Shown here: positions 39,301 through 50,338 of the stretch, piece after piece
Layout: each line of letters begins with the position of its first letter
Position numbering within the stretch: the stretch's first letter is position 1
Source of the DNA: Octopus sinensis
Taxonomy: Eukaryota
Reading direction: 5' to 3'
Length of the DNA stretch: 64,000 bases
Assembly: GCF_006345805.1 (NCBI RefSeq)
Contig: NC_043004.1
Span: 104,594,001 to 104,658,000, forward strand
Notes under the pieces: generated by a model
Seen by the model: the letters and a program-made list of their open reading frames with translations, nothing else
What the model was told of the DNA's origin: nothing
Databases searched by the model: none
Program-made: the position numbers and the translations under genes

Positions 39301-41647
39301 CACACAATTTCAGGCCTTCTATATTTATTAAGGGACACTGCCGTCTTGTGGTCGGAGTGTAACCTTCTAGGTGCAATCCCATTGTCATTCATGACCGAAG
39401 GGGGTCATTACCCTTCTTTCAGCCCGGATAATATATCCCTCTAAAATCACATTAATAAATGTGTGAGCGCGTGTATGTATGTATGTATGTATGTATGTAT
39501 GTATGTATGTATGTATGTATGTATGTATGTATGTATGTATGTATTTATGTATGTATGTATGTATGTATGTATGTATGTATGCATGCATGCATGTATGTAT
39601 GCATGTATGTATGCATGTATGTATGCATGTATGTATGTGTATGTATGTATGTGCTTGTCTCCTATCTCTAGTGCTGGTTTGTTTAAGTCCCCGTAACTTA
39701 GTGATTCGGCAAAAGCGACTGATAAAATAAGTACCAGACTTAGATCTTGTTACATTTCTTCTAACCACTTGAAGTTTTAAAATTTTTTACAGCAAATTAT
39801 TTGCAAAAATTGTTATTCTGGGGTAGTTTTGGATGCCGATGACGAAAATCCAGTTCATTTTCCTTTTTCTTTTCTAGAAATTAATAATCAAGAAGTTACA
39901 AACATCTAAATTTCTACGATTTTAGCCAATCGTATTTCCAGATTATTCACATTTTGTCTGTGCAGACGAAACTTTTACGGAGATGGAAGGAATTTAACAA
40001 GATCCCCAAATTAAAAAAAAAAAAAGACAAAAGTACCAGGGTCGATTTGTTCCACTAAAAACCTCCAAGGCGTTGCTCCAACATGGTCGTAATCCAATGA
40101 CTAATAAATGCAAATATAACCAATAGAGCGGTACCTTCTGGTTATCTCACGCCCATTAAAAATTGCCATTAAAAAATTGGGTTATCTCTCCACTAAAAAG
40201 TTAAGTGTATATGGCGACAAGAGACTGAATTAAAAGGTTTAGATCCTTTTGATTTTTGGCCTCCTCAATAGGAATGGTATGATTTGTTATAAAAATGTTA
40301 TTAGATTCAATAAGATATTTAATTTTTTCAGTTTTCATGTTTATTGAAGATTGAAAAGTTTAGGAAAATAAAAATAAGTGGAAACTTTACCGGTGAGTGT
40401 GTTAAATTATAAGGCACAAAAAGAAAATGACTCTCCCCAGACACAACAGAATATGCTTCAAGACACGAACTCATATAAAGAATCTTGCAAACCAAATGCA
40501 AAAACGAAACATGTTTATCAAATTTTGTTATAAAAATACTTTCAGATTCCCTAAGATGTTTATTCATTTCACTTTTCAAGTTTATTAACTTTTTTATTTT
40601 TTTGTTGTTTTATTGAGGGTTAAACAATTTATTTTTCAGTTGGGGAAGATAACCCGCTTTTCTTAATGGGGGTGAGATAACCAAAAAGTACCGATAGAGC
40701 AACCACGTGGTGGTTCCTTCGTTCGCTCGACCTTGGGGTCTGGTAAAAAACAAAAATTTAACAGCTTCCTTTGTGTGGGAATTAGTAAATAACACGGAAA
40801 GACTGACTGATTGTGTTGCGGCTTTAGTTGATGCCTCTCAACCCTCCCGCTTATTCTGTTGGCTGTTGTTTTTGGTTGTTTGTCTGTCTGTCTTTTGATT
40901 CGTTTGTTTATTTTTTTGGTTGGCTGGTTGGTTGTTGCTTGGTTGGTTGGCTAGTTGGTTGGTTGGTGTTGGTAAAAATGATGATGACGATGGTGGCGAC
41001 GATTTCAAAATCGTTCTCGTCTTTGAATTCTTCACCTCCTCCCCCCATCCACCCTTCCTCCTCTTTTCCAGCTTCTTTGCTATTACTTCCCATACACAGA
41101 ATATACTTTATAAATTCTACTTCTTTTTTTTCTTCCTCTTACAACTTCCATTATTCATCATCTTCATCATCATCATCATCATCTCCTCCTCCTCCTCATC
41201 ATCATCATCATTGTCGCCGTCGTTGTCATTATGATTAATTATCATCATCGCTGTCATTATCGACCATCGTCACCATCATCACCTCCATCCTACTCCTCCT
41301 CCTCCTCCTCCTCCTCCTCATCATCATCATCATTTCTGCCTCCAGTACATCTCATAAGTGTGGTTTCATCTCGTTCGTCACCCCTCTTCCTACTATTATT
41401 ACAACCGTCACTATCGTCACCACCACCGCCACCACCACAAAACACTAAAGCACCACCCTGAAGAAGCTACCAAGTCTTCCACACACTTACCGCTTCCATT
41501 TCTTCACACCATCGCCCTCCGTAAACAGGCTCCATTCTGCTACTCTCTCACACTACACCTCCGACCCTCATAACCAGTGTATATTATAATCTCTGTATAT
41601 TATATAGCAGAGTACATTTGAAGCTTGTAATCTCCGCCCCAACCACG

Positions 41648-41725
<78 letters not shown>

Positions 41726-41810
41726 ACTCACTCTCTTTTTACTCTCATTTGTATAAACGGTGTCATAAAAGATGTATGAAATGGATATACATCTATTGTT
41801 AGAATAATAT

Positions 41811-42096
41811 CAGCGTTTCTTAAACTGTGGGTCGCGAAGCGAAAATTAAATTCAAACACTCGAATTTCAATGCAGTTGTTATTTCACAAACACACAAATC
41901 CGAAAACTACTTTTATTTTGACAAATAACGTAACTACATTTTTTTTTCATATGTGTATTGTTCAGCAAAAAAAAAAAAAAAAAAAAAGATTTATGTATTT
42001 ATTTGTATGTTTTATTTCATATTTGATATCTGGGGTCGCGAAAAAAGCTCGTGGTGAAAAATGGGGTAATGAATGGAAAAAGTTTCAGAAACGCTG
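41811..42096. mobile_element. hAT (Charlie-like) MITE
   Basis: TIRs CAGCGTTTCTTAAAC / GTTTCAGAAACGCTG; internal GGGTCGCGAA motifs; TSD not clean. Confidence 0.65.
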
Positions 42097-42611
42097 GAAT
42101 ACATGTACTATTGTGTGTGTGTGTTTCTTTTTGGAATTGTGGATCTCGAAGCACATAATGCTTATCATTAATAGCATGTTAATATTGGGCTGAAAAAGAC
42201 TTTTGGATGTCCCACGGCAGGCTTCGACTTTTCTACACACTATTACTTACAGCAATAAATGCTTCAAGATTCACTGTACCAAGAAAGGGGGGAAAAACAA
42301 AAAAGAATTATTCAATTATTTCACGTTCTCTCGAAAGTTTATAAATTTTTATGGCATCAGGCATGGCTGGGTGGTAAGAAGCTTGCTTCCCAACCACATG
42401 ATTCTGGGTTCAGTGCCACGGCGTGACACCTTGGGCAAGTATCTTCTACTATAGTCTCGGGCCAACCAAAGCCTTGTGAGTGGATTTGGTAGACGGAAAC
42501 TAAAAGTACCCTGTCGTATATATAAATATATGTGTGTGTTTGTCCCCCACTATTGTTTGACAACCAATGTTGGTTGTGTTTACGTCTCCGTAACTTAGAG
42601 GGGATAAGTCT

Positions 42612-42739
42612 AGGGGCCACTCTAGTGACGACTCCACTAGAGTGGACGCAAGCGCTAATATATGGTTTATAAAAACATGTGACATATTCGTAAATATATT
42701 TAAATATAAAACCATCCAGATTTCTGAGTACCTCATTTC

Positions 42740-42745
<6 letters not shown>
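42612..42745 (+). mobile_element. Penelope-like fragment with degenerate minimal hammerhead (42625-42657)
   Basis: GUGACGA-C-UCCAC(UAGA)GUGGA-C-GCAA-GCGC-UA; an inverted homologue lies at 53820-53960; abuts (TA)n. Confidence 0.5.
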
Positions 42746-42775
<30 letters not shown>

Positions 42776-42776
<1 letters not shown>

Positions 42777-42960
42777 CGGGAAGCTTTATGAAAATAGACA
42801 AAAGACGAAGGCAGGTGGAAAACAAACAAACAATTGTATTAGTATGGCGCTCAGGAAATATAAATAAAACAAGTCTTTAACGTTTCGAGCCTACGCTCTT
42901 CAACAGAAAGATACACAGAGAGAAAAAAAACACAGAAAGAAGGAGAGAAAAAAAATGCGT
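42776..42960 (-). mobile_element. Penelope-like terminal-repeat fragment with minimal type I hammerhead-like motif (42874-42911)
   Basis: Minus strand UCUUU-CUGUUGA-A-GAGC(GUAG)GCUC-GAAAC-GUU-AAAGA; a truncated homologue lies at ~55753-55863. Confidence 0.6.
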
Positions 42961-43742
42961 GCAGTAACTAACGAATCAACACGACGGGATCCTTTCACTT
43001 TTCTGTCTAAGAGATCCACTCACAAAGGCTTTGATCGACCCGAGGCCATCGTAGGAGACACTTGCCCAAGATGGCCACGCAGTGGGACTGAACCTGGAAC
43101 CAGACGTCTTACCACACATACATGTATATACACATACACACAAACACACAATACATTCACACACAAATGGATATTTAGTTGTCTAATTTGCTTTAGCTAC
43201 CACGGTCAAGGCCATGATGGAGCATCGACCCTAAAATCTATGTGAGAGCGTTCGTGTGTATAGCATCTTTCTTTGTTCCTCGATATCTATCAGCTTACAT
43301 CCGTATCTATGTACTCCCCCACTCATGTGCCACGCACAAACATAAAGCTCACAGAGTACTTGATAGCCCCTCAGTCACACAGATATGCAATTCTATGCAA
43401 TGTTTGTTTGTCCATTGGTACCTTCATATACTTAGATCGCGTGGGTTTTTTTTTTCTTGATTTTTGTTTTGGTGGAGGAAGAGATAGGAGTGTTTGGTGA
43501 TGGTAATAATTGACGGCGGTGGTTATGGTAGTTAGGGGGTCTAGGGGTTGCAGAGTTTATGTGGGGAGTGTCGGAAGACAGTTAAAGAAAACTCTCTTAC
43601 CAGTCAATGTGTTATAATCATTCACCGTTGTTGCTCAAGTGCAAAATGCTTCCTCGAACTGTGGGTGGTGTGATGGTGACCCGAATGGGAGTCTGTTTGC
43701 ATTTCAAAAGGATGGGCGTATGACGAAATATATTATGCATGA

Positions 43743-43782
<40 letters not shown>

Positions 43783-45159
43783 ATGTATTGTGTGTATGTG
43801 TGTGTGTGCGTGTGTTTATGTGCATGTGCATGTATATGTATATATGCATGTATGCAGGTATGTATGTATGTTTGTATATGTATATTAGTATGGCTGTGTG
43901 TGTGTGTCTGTGAATGCAAATTTATATGAGCATGTTTGTACGTATGAATACAAACATGTCTGTTCTTTGAGGTTTCTTTCCCAGAAGCAAGTCCCTATCA
44001 ATGGAACTTAGATAACAAGGTAGTTATGTATGTATGCACGCATGTATGCATGCATGCATGTATGTATGTGTGTATGTATGTAGTTACGTATGTATGAATG
44101 TATATATGTATGCATGTGTGTGTATATGTACGTATGTACGTACGTATGTATGTATGTTTGTATGTATGTTTGTATGTATGTATGTATGTGTGCATGTATG
44201 TATGTGTGTATGTATGTATGTATATACGTATGTATATATGTATGTGTGTGTGTATGTATATATGCATGTATGTATGTATGTATGTATGTATGTCTGTGTG
44301 TGTGTATGTATGCATGTATGTATGTATGTATGTGTGTATGTATGTATGTATGTATGTATGTATGCATGTATGTATGTATGTATGCATGTGTGTGTATGTA
44401 TGTATGCATGTATATGTGATTGTGTATGGTCTGACCGTCGGTGACTAAACCGGCAACCTTACAAAGCCTGCTCGGTGAGGAGGGTAGATTTCACTGGACA
44501 AAAGCAAAATCTTTCTACGGGTGGATGACCTCAGTAAAGTCATCGGGTATCCAACAGCTGGGAGTGAGAGAGTCCTATTCTTTGCTTAGACATCTCCCTA
44601 GCAGAAGGAAAACTCTGATGCAACATCTGCGATTTGGTTTGCATCAGCGATGTTGACTAATTTTTCTTTATGGGCAAATGCATACGTTGTTTAGAGAATG
44701 GGATCGGCCCTATGCAACGCCTTTATTCACATTAAAAAATGCTTAAGGAACAGGCATTGCCTGACTTTCAGCATCTCTATTATATGCTGCATATTATGGC
44801 TGTCCGTTGCTGAAGTAAGCAAAATACTCAATGAAATATTCCATGATGGAATGAAGGTATGTGTCTGCGTGGGTAGTAAGCTCTTTGAGCAGCTGCTGCA
44901 AAAAGCACTGCCACCATTTATGCAAATGAGGGTAGGTCACAAGCGGAACTGAAAAGCTACATCCATGATGCTTGTAACTATCATGTATGTATATGTGTAT
45001 GTGTGTGTGTGTGTGTGTGTGTGAGTGTAGCTGAAAGTATATCTACGGTACTCCTTAACAATGGTCCAAAGATGACCTTTTCCTCTTGTATTTTTCTAAC
45101 AACATTGGTGTCCAAAGAGCAGCTGATTTCCACAACAGAACATATCTCATCCTAGAAAG

Positions 45160-46120
45160 TGTGTATGTATGTATGTATGTATGTATGTTTGTATGTATGT
45201 ATGTATGTATGTATGTATGCATGCATGTATGTATGTATGTATGTATGTATGTATGTATGTATGTATGTATGTGTGTATGTATGTATGTATGTATGTATGT
45301 ATGTATGTATGTGTGTGATGTATGTATGTATGTATGTATGTATGTATGTATGTATGTATGTATGTGTGTATGTATGTATGTATGCATGCATGCATGTATG
45401 TATGTATGTATGTATGTATGTAGTATGCATGCATGATGTATGTATGTATGTATGTATGTATGTGGTGTATGTATGTATGTATGTATGTATGGATGTATGT
45501 ATGTATGTATATATGTATGCATGCATGTATGTATGTATGTATGTATGTATGTGATGTATGGTGTATGTATGTATATGTATGTATGGTATGTATGTGTGTA
45601 TGTATGTATGTATGTATGTATGTATGTATGTATGTATGTGTGTTGTATGTATGTATGTATGCATGCATGTATGTATGTATGTATGCATGCATGTATGTAT
45701 TATGTATGTATGTATGTATGTATGTATGTATGTATGTATGTGTGTGTGTATGTATGTATGTATGTATGTATGTATGTATGTATGTATGTATGTATGTATG
45801 TATGTGTGTATGTATGTATGCATGTATGTATGTATGTATGTATGTATGTATGTATGTATGTATGCATATGTGTGTGTGTATGTTTGTATGTGTGTGTGTA
45901 TGTTTCCATGTGTGTCTGTGTGTGTGTATATGTATGTATGTATATGTGTACGTGTGTTTACTTGTGTGTGTATGTATGTATATATGTATGCGTGTGTTTG
46001 TTTGTGTGTGTGTATGTATGTATGTGTGTGTGTGTGTTTGTATGTGTGTCTATGTCTGTGTGTGTATGTATGCATGCATATATGTGTCCATGTGTTTGTT
46101 TGTGTGTGTGTGTATGTATG
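45160..46120. repeat. Long degenerate (TGTA)n/(TG)n microsatellite
   Basis: Directly visible; similar tracts at ~39471-39650 and ~44025-44415. Confidence 0.95.
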
Positions 46121-46875
46121 CCGTCAAGATTGGATTTTTATGCTTTGATTTATGTACTTTTGCTTTATTTTCTAACTTAGAAACAATGCTTTTTCTATGA
46201 TATTTACACAATAGCAATAGGGTGCAGTTGTACGTGTATATTGTATGTATGTGTGTATGTATGTATGTACATATGTATGCATTATATATGTATGTATATG
46301 TATGCATGGATGTATGTATATGTATGCATGGAGGGAATCACACACACACACATATATATATACGTATGTATATACACATACATGATTCAGGCATAGATGT
46401 CATTGCATACGTGGATCTTAATATATGCTAAACTTCCTAAATGTTTTACATATTTTAACAGTGCCTTTGATAACTTGTAGCTGTAATCTATTGATTAGGC
46501 TTGTTCTTTCTGATTTTGGGAAATCCAATTTCTCAACATTAGTACAAGATTGGACATCGACTTCTCAAGGTTAGAACAATATCGGAACAAAGTACTCCAA
46601 TAACTATTGGTAGAAATCAAAAGTTTGATTGCAGTTCGATTCAAATTTTGGCATTAGGCAAGAAATTTCGGGAAGAGGCTAAATCGATTACTTCGACCCC
46701 AGTAATCAACAGGTATTTATTTCGTCGATACCGAAAGGATAAAAGACGAAGATGACTTCGACGGAATTTGAACGCAGACCGTAAAGACAGACATAACGTC
46801 GCTAAGTATTCTTCCTGGCGTGCTAACAATTCTGTCACCACGCCACCTTAATGCTTTCTTATATTAACATATTAA

Positions 46876-47106
46876 GGCGGCGAGCTGGCAGAAACGGTAG
46901 CACGCCGGGCGAAATGCGTAGCCGTATTTCGTCTGCCGTTACGTTCTGAGTTCAAATTCCGCCGAGGTCGACTTTACCTTTCATCCTTTCGGGGTCGATT
47001 AAATAAGTACCAGTTACGCACTGGGGTCGAAGTAATCGACTTAATCCGTTTGTCTGTCCTTGTTTGTCCCCTCTGTGTTTAGCCCCCTTGTGGGTAGTAA
47101 AGAAAT
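46876..47106 (+). mobile_element. Family A SINE, full length, head-to-head with an inverted copy (46655-46847)
   Basis: Near-identical to 1081-1314. Confidence 0.85.
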
Positions 47107-47270
47107 ATATATTAACATGTGCTGGGCAACTGGTTTCTACTACTGTGCATAGCTTCTTCTTTCTGTCCCTGATCATTATGTCTGGTCTGTTGTGCTTGTG
47201 TTTTATTGAAATCATGACTGGGACATTTCACCGATATTCTTTCATATTATGTGCATGTATGTATACATAA

Positions 47271-47468
47271 TAGGGGGTGCTGAAAAATTCCTGGTTTTGG
47301 GTAAAAGAAAATACATGAGGATCAGTTAATTATGTTTTCATTCAACAAATTCACCTCTCAGATTCTCAAATTCACGCACTTATTGCAGTGGTCCTTCAGT
47401 CTTTCTAAGCCCTGTAAAAGAACTTGGAAGGTTGGTCCTCCAATCAGGAACTTTTCAGCAATCCCTCG
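47271..47468. mobile_element. Mariner-type MITE
   Basis: TIRs GGGGGTGCTGAAAAATTCCTG / CAGGAACTTTTCAGCAATCCCTCG followed by TA. Confidence 0.7.
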
Positions 47469-47904
47469 TACATGCAGCTAGTTGCATGTATGTAGATAAG
47501 CTTTCGACTTGTTTGTTTATTTTTTTAATTTAGAATTAATTTTGACCGGCCACCACCTTTCTAGCAAGGTTGTGAAGGAAACCATTTTTTATCGTTAATC
47601 ATCCTATAAATCATAAGAAGGTCCAGAAGATTTTTATTTCCCCCAGATATCATTCGTAGCGTATAAATCATGGAGCTGATTTCTCACCCCCAGAACCGAA
47701 GTTTAATTATAGTTTTTGTTCCAGATGAGTTGCTATGTATCCTGATGATCCAATACTGTGTATGAAACTGCGTCTTGTGTATTGAATTTGAAAACTCCTT
47801 ATCAGCGGTCCTTATGTATGTATGTATGTATGTATGTATCTATGTATATGTATGTACGTATCTATCTATGTATATGTATGTATGTATGTATGCATGTATG
47901 TATG

Positions 47905-48312
47905 TATGGAGAACTTATGAATGGAAGGAGACTCCGGCAGAAACCAAGGCTGCGATTTAAGGACTGTGTTAAGTCCTCGTTACAGGCCTTTGATATGCAG
48001 GACACTGACTGGGAGAACAATGCCTGTCATCGCCACAGATGGAGGAAGCAGGTTAAGGAGGGGATCGACACTTTTGAGAGAGCACGTATCCAGCATGAAG
48101 AACTTAAGCGAGCTGCGCGAAAGCGCACGGCTCATATAGTGAATGGGGAAAGCTTGGTCTGCAATGTTTGCAGTCGTGTATGCTTGTCAAGAGCAGGGCT
48201 CATTAGCCACCAACGGAGCCGCAAATGCAAAATATAAGTTAGTCCTAGAGCGCACAATGTTCCTGAAGGTCGGCAATGGTCTTCCTCGGTCACGAGTGGA
48301 CGGCCATCATGT
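47905..48312 (+). mobile_element. 5'-truncated RTE-clade LINE 3' end with C-terminal C2H2-like finger, inside a (TGTA)n tract
   Basis: YGELMNGRRLRQKPRLRFKDCVKSSL...WENNACHRHRWRKQV...CNVCSRVCLSRAGLISHQRSRKC; TATG repeats on both sides. Confidence 0.8.
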
Positions 48313-49065
48313 ATGTATGTATGTGTGTGTGTGTAAGTCAGTGGATCAGCGGACTCGTCAGAGCATTTTTCCGGTTCGTTACGTTACAAGTTTGAATCTG
48401 TCGAGGTCTGCTTTACCTTTCCTTTTTCTGAGGTTGATAAAATACCAGTCAAGGACTGTTATCGTTGCCATCTATTTACCATCAGTGCCAGTATGCACTA
48501 CGCTAGTATGGCATAATAGTGTCAAAATTTGAAGATGTGAAAGACAAAGCAAAATGAGACTGAAATTTGTAGTAGTACTTAGATTTGCAGGCGTGTAAAA
48601 AGTTAATAAAAGAAAAGTGTTACTGTTTGGCGTCGATTCCAGGAGCCATGAGAGTATAAGGACTTATATCGTTAAAAGCGTAGGAGATAGTTTTCCTTCG
48701 CAAAAAGATTTGAATGATTTCCTATAAAATGAAATTTTAAGAAACGAGTGTTTTCTTAGAAATAGAAGTTATCAAGAAACGTAAGTATTTAATAGTAACA
48801 GTACAATTAATAATGGGCCAGAAAGTGTTGGTTAGAAACTAAAAAAGCTTCTAACGTAACGAAGTATGTTGAATCGGTGTGGTGTTCTGCAATAAATGAA
48901 TAAATGAGACATTGGCAAAGCATTCCAGAAGTGTCAAAAAATAACTTAACAAGTAAACTTAACAAGAACACTACTTTTGCTGTTTATCTGCTGCATAAAA
49001 AACGTAAGAGCGTTCTCCAAGAAAATGAAAGTGTTAAACAACGAAAGTATTCAATCGCATATATA

Positions 49066-50338
49066 CAGGATGTCCCAGAAAGAGAGTGACCCATGTTTAA
49101 TACTCTTTCTAAAGCCTATCAGTTCGGATAATATAATCTACATTTTACATAAAGATTTGCATGTGTCTTTTGTTCATGTGTCTATTGTTTCGTTCGTCTG
49201 TAACAGGTTTGTAAAAATACATGGTGTTGAAAGCAAAAAGGGACCAGATTGTCCCTTTAAAAACAGCTGGAGGGAACAACAGGGACATAACAAAACACTT
49301 GAACGGGTGCTGTAAAACAGTGTTCAATACCTGGAAACGATATATGGAGTCCGCTACTACCTCCAGCATGCCAATTCCTGGTAGGAAACGATCAATTCGT
49401 ACCAAACAAACTGTTGAAGTTGTGAAGAAGTGAATGAACCGAAATCCCCGTCGGAGTGCATGAAAAACTGCAATAGCTCTTGATGTTTCGCAATCGTCAA
49501 TGCACAGGATTTTTGAAGAGGATTTAAAGCTAACTGCATGCAAGAAACAAACCCGGCAGTTAATTTCAGCAGCTTCCAAAAAGAAACGGTTCGAGAGGGG
49601 AAAAACCATGTTAGCTGAGACGAAGCGTCCCACTAACAAAGTGTTGATCTGATCCGTCCGACGAGATCTTCACCGTGGAGATAGCTACCAACAGACAGAA
49701 TGACAGGCTTTATGCACGCAATGCAGGAGACTTGCCCGAAGGTAGCAGGCATCATTTACGCCGTCAAAAGCCAGCTTCACTCATGGTGTGGGCTGCAGTT
49801 GCATCTGATGGGTCCAAGTCTCACTTGATCTTCATCAATGTTGGTGTCAAGGTCAACAATGAAGTTCACGTGAAAATGTTGGATAAGAAAGTGTTACCTC
49901 GGGTCACAAAAACCTTTGGTGACCGTTACATATTCACTCAAGGCGGGGCTCTAGCCCACACATCCAATTTGACACTGAGTTGGTGCAAAGAGCATTTCAG
50001 CGGTTTTGGGGACAAGATGATATGGCCTCCCTCAATCTCATGAGCTTTGCCATCTGGCCCATCTTAGAGAGTAATGTTTCTGCTCGCTCCTATTCAAATG
50101 TGTCAGAATTGAAGAAAGCTCTTCTGTCTTTATGGGTCATGTTGGATGAAGAGGTGGTACGGCGCTCAAGCAACGCAGTGACACTCGCTTGCAGGCTATG
50201 ATCAAGGCTGAAGGTGATCGTTACTGCAATGGATTGACAATCTACATTAGAACATAAGTGCCAGATTTTCTTACCTCCCTTAAGTTTACTTTGAATAATT
50301 AAGAAATATCAATGAGTAATTCTTTCTGAGACACCCTG
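49066..50338 (+). mobile_element. Full-length degraded Tc1/mariner transposon, maT/DD37D-like (1273 bp)
   Basis: TA TSDs (49064-65, 50339-40); TIRs CAGGATGTCCCAGAAAGA / (rc) CAGGGTGTCTCAGAAAGA. The transposase starts at ATG 49221 and has SDE, MVWAAV, FTQGGALAH and WPPS motifs, with stops, frameshifts and a deletion in the SPDLNP box. Confidence 0.9.
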
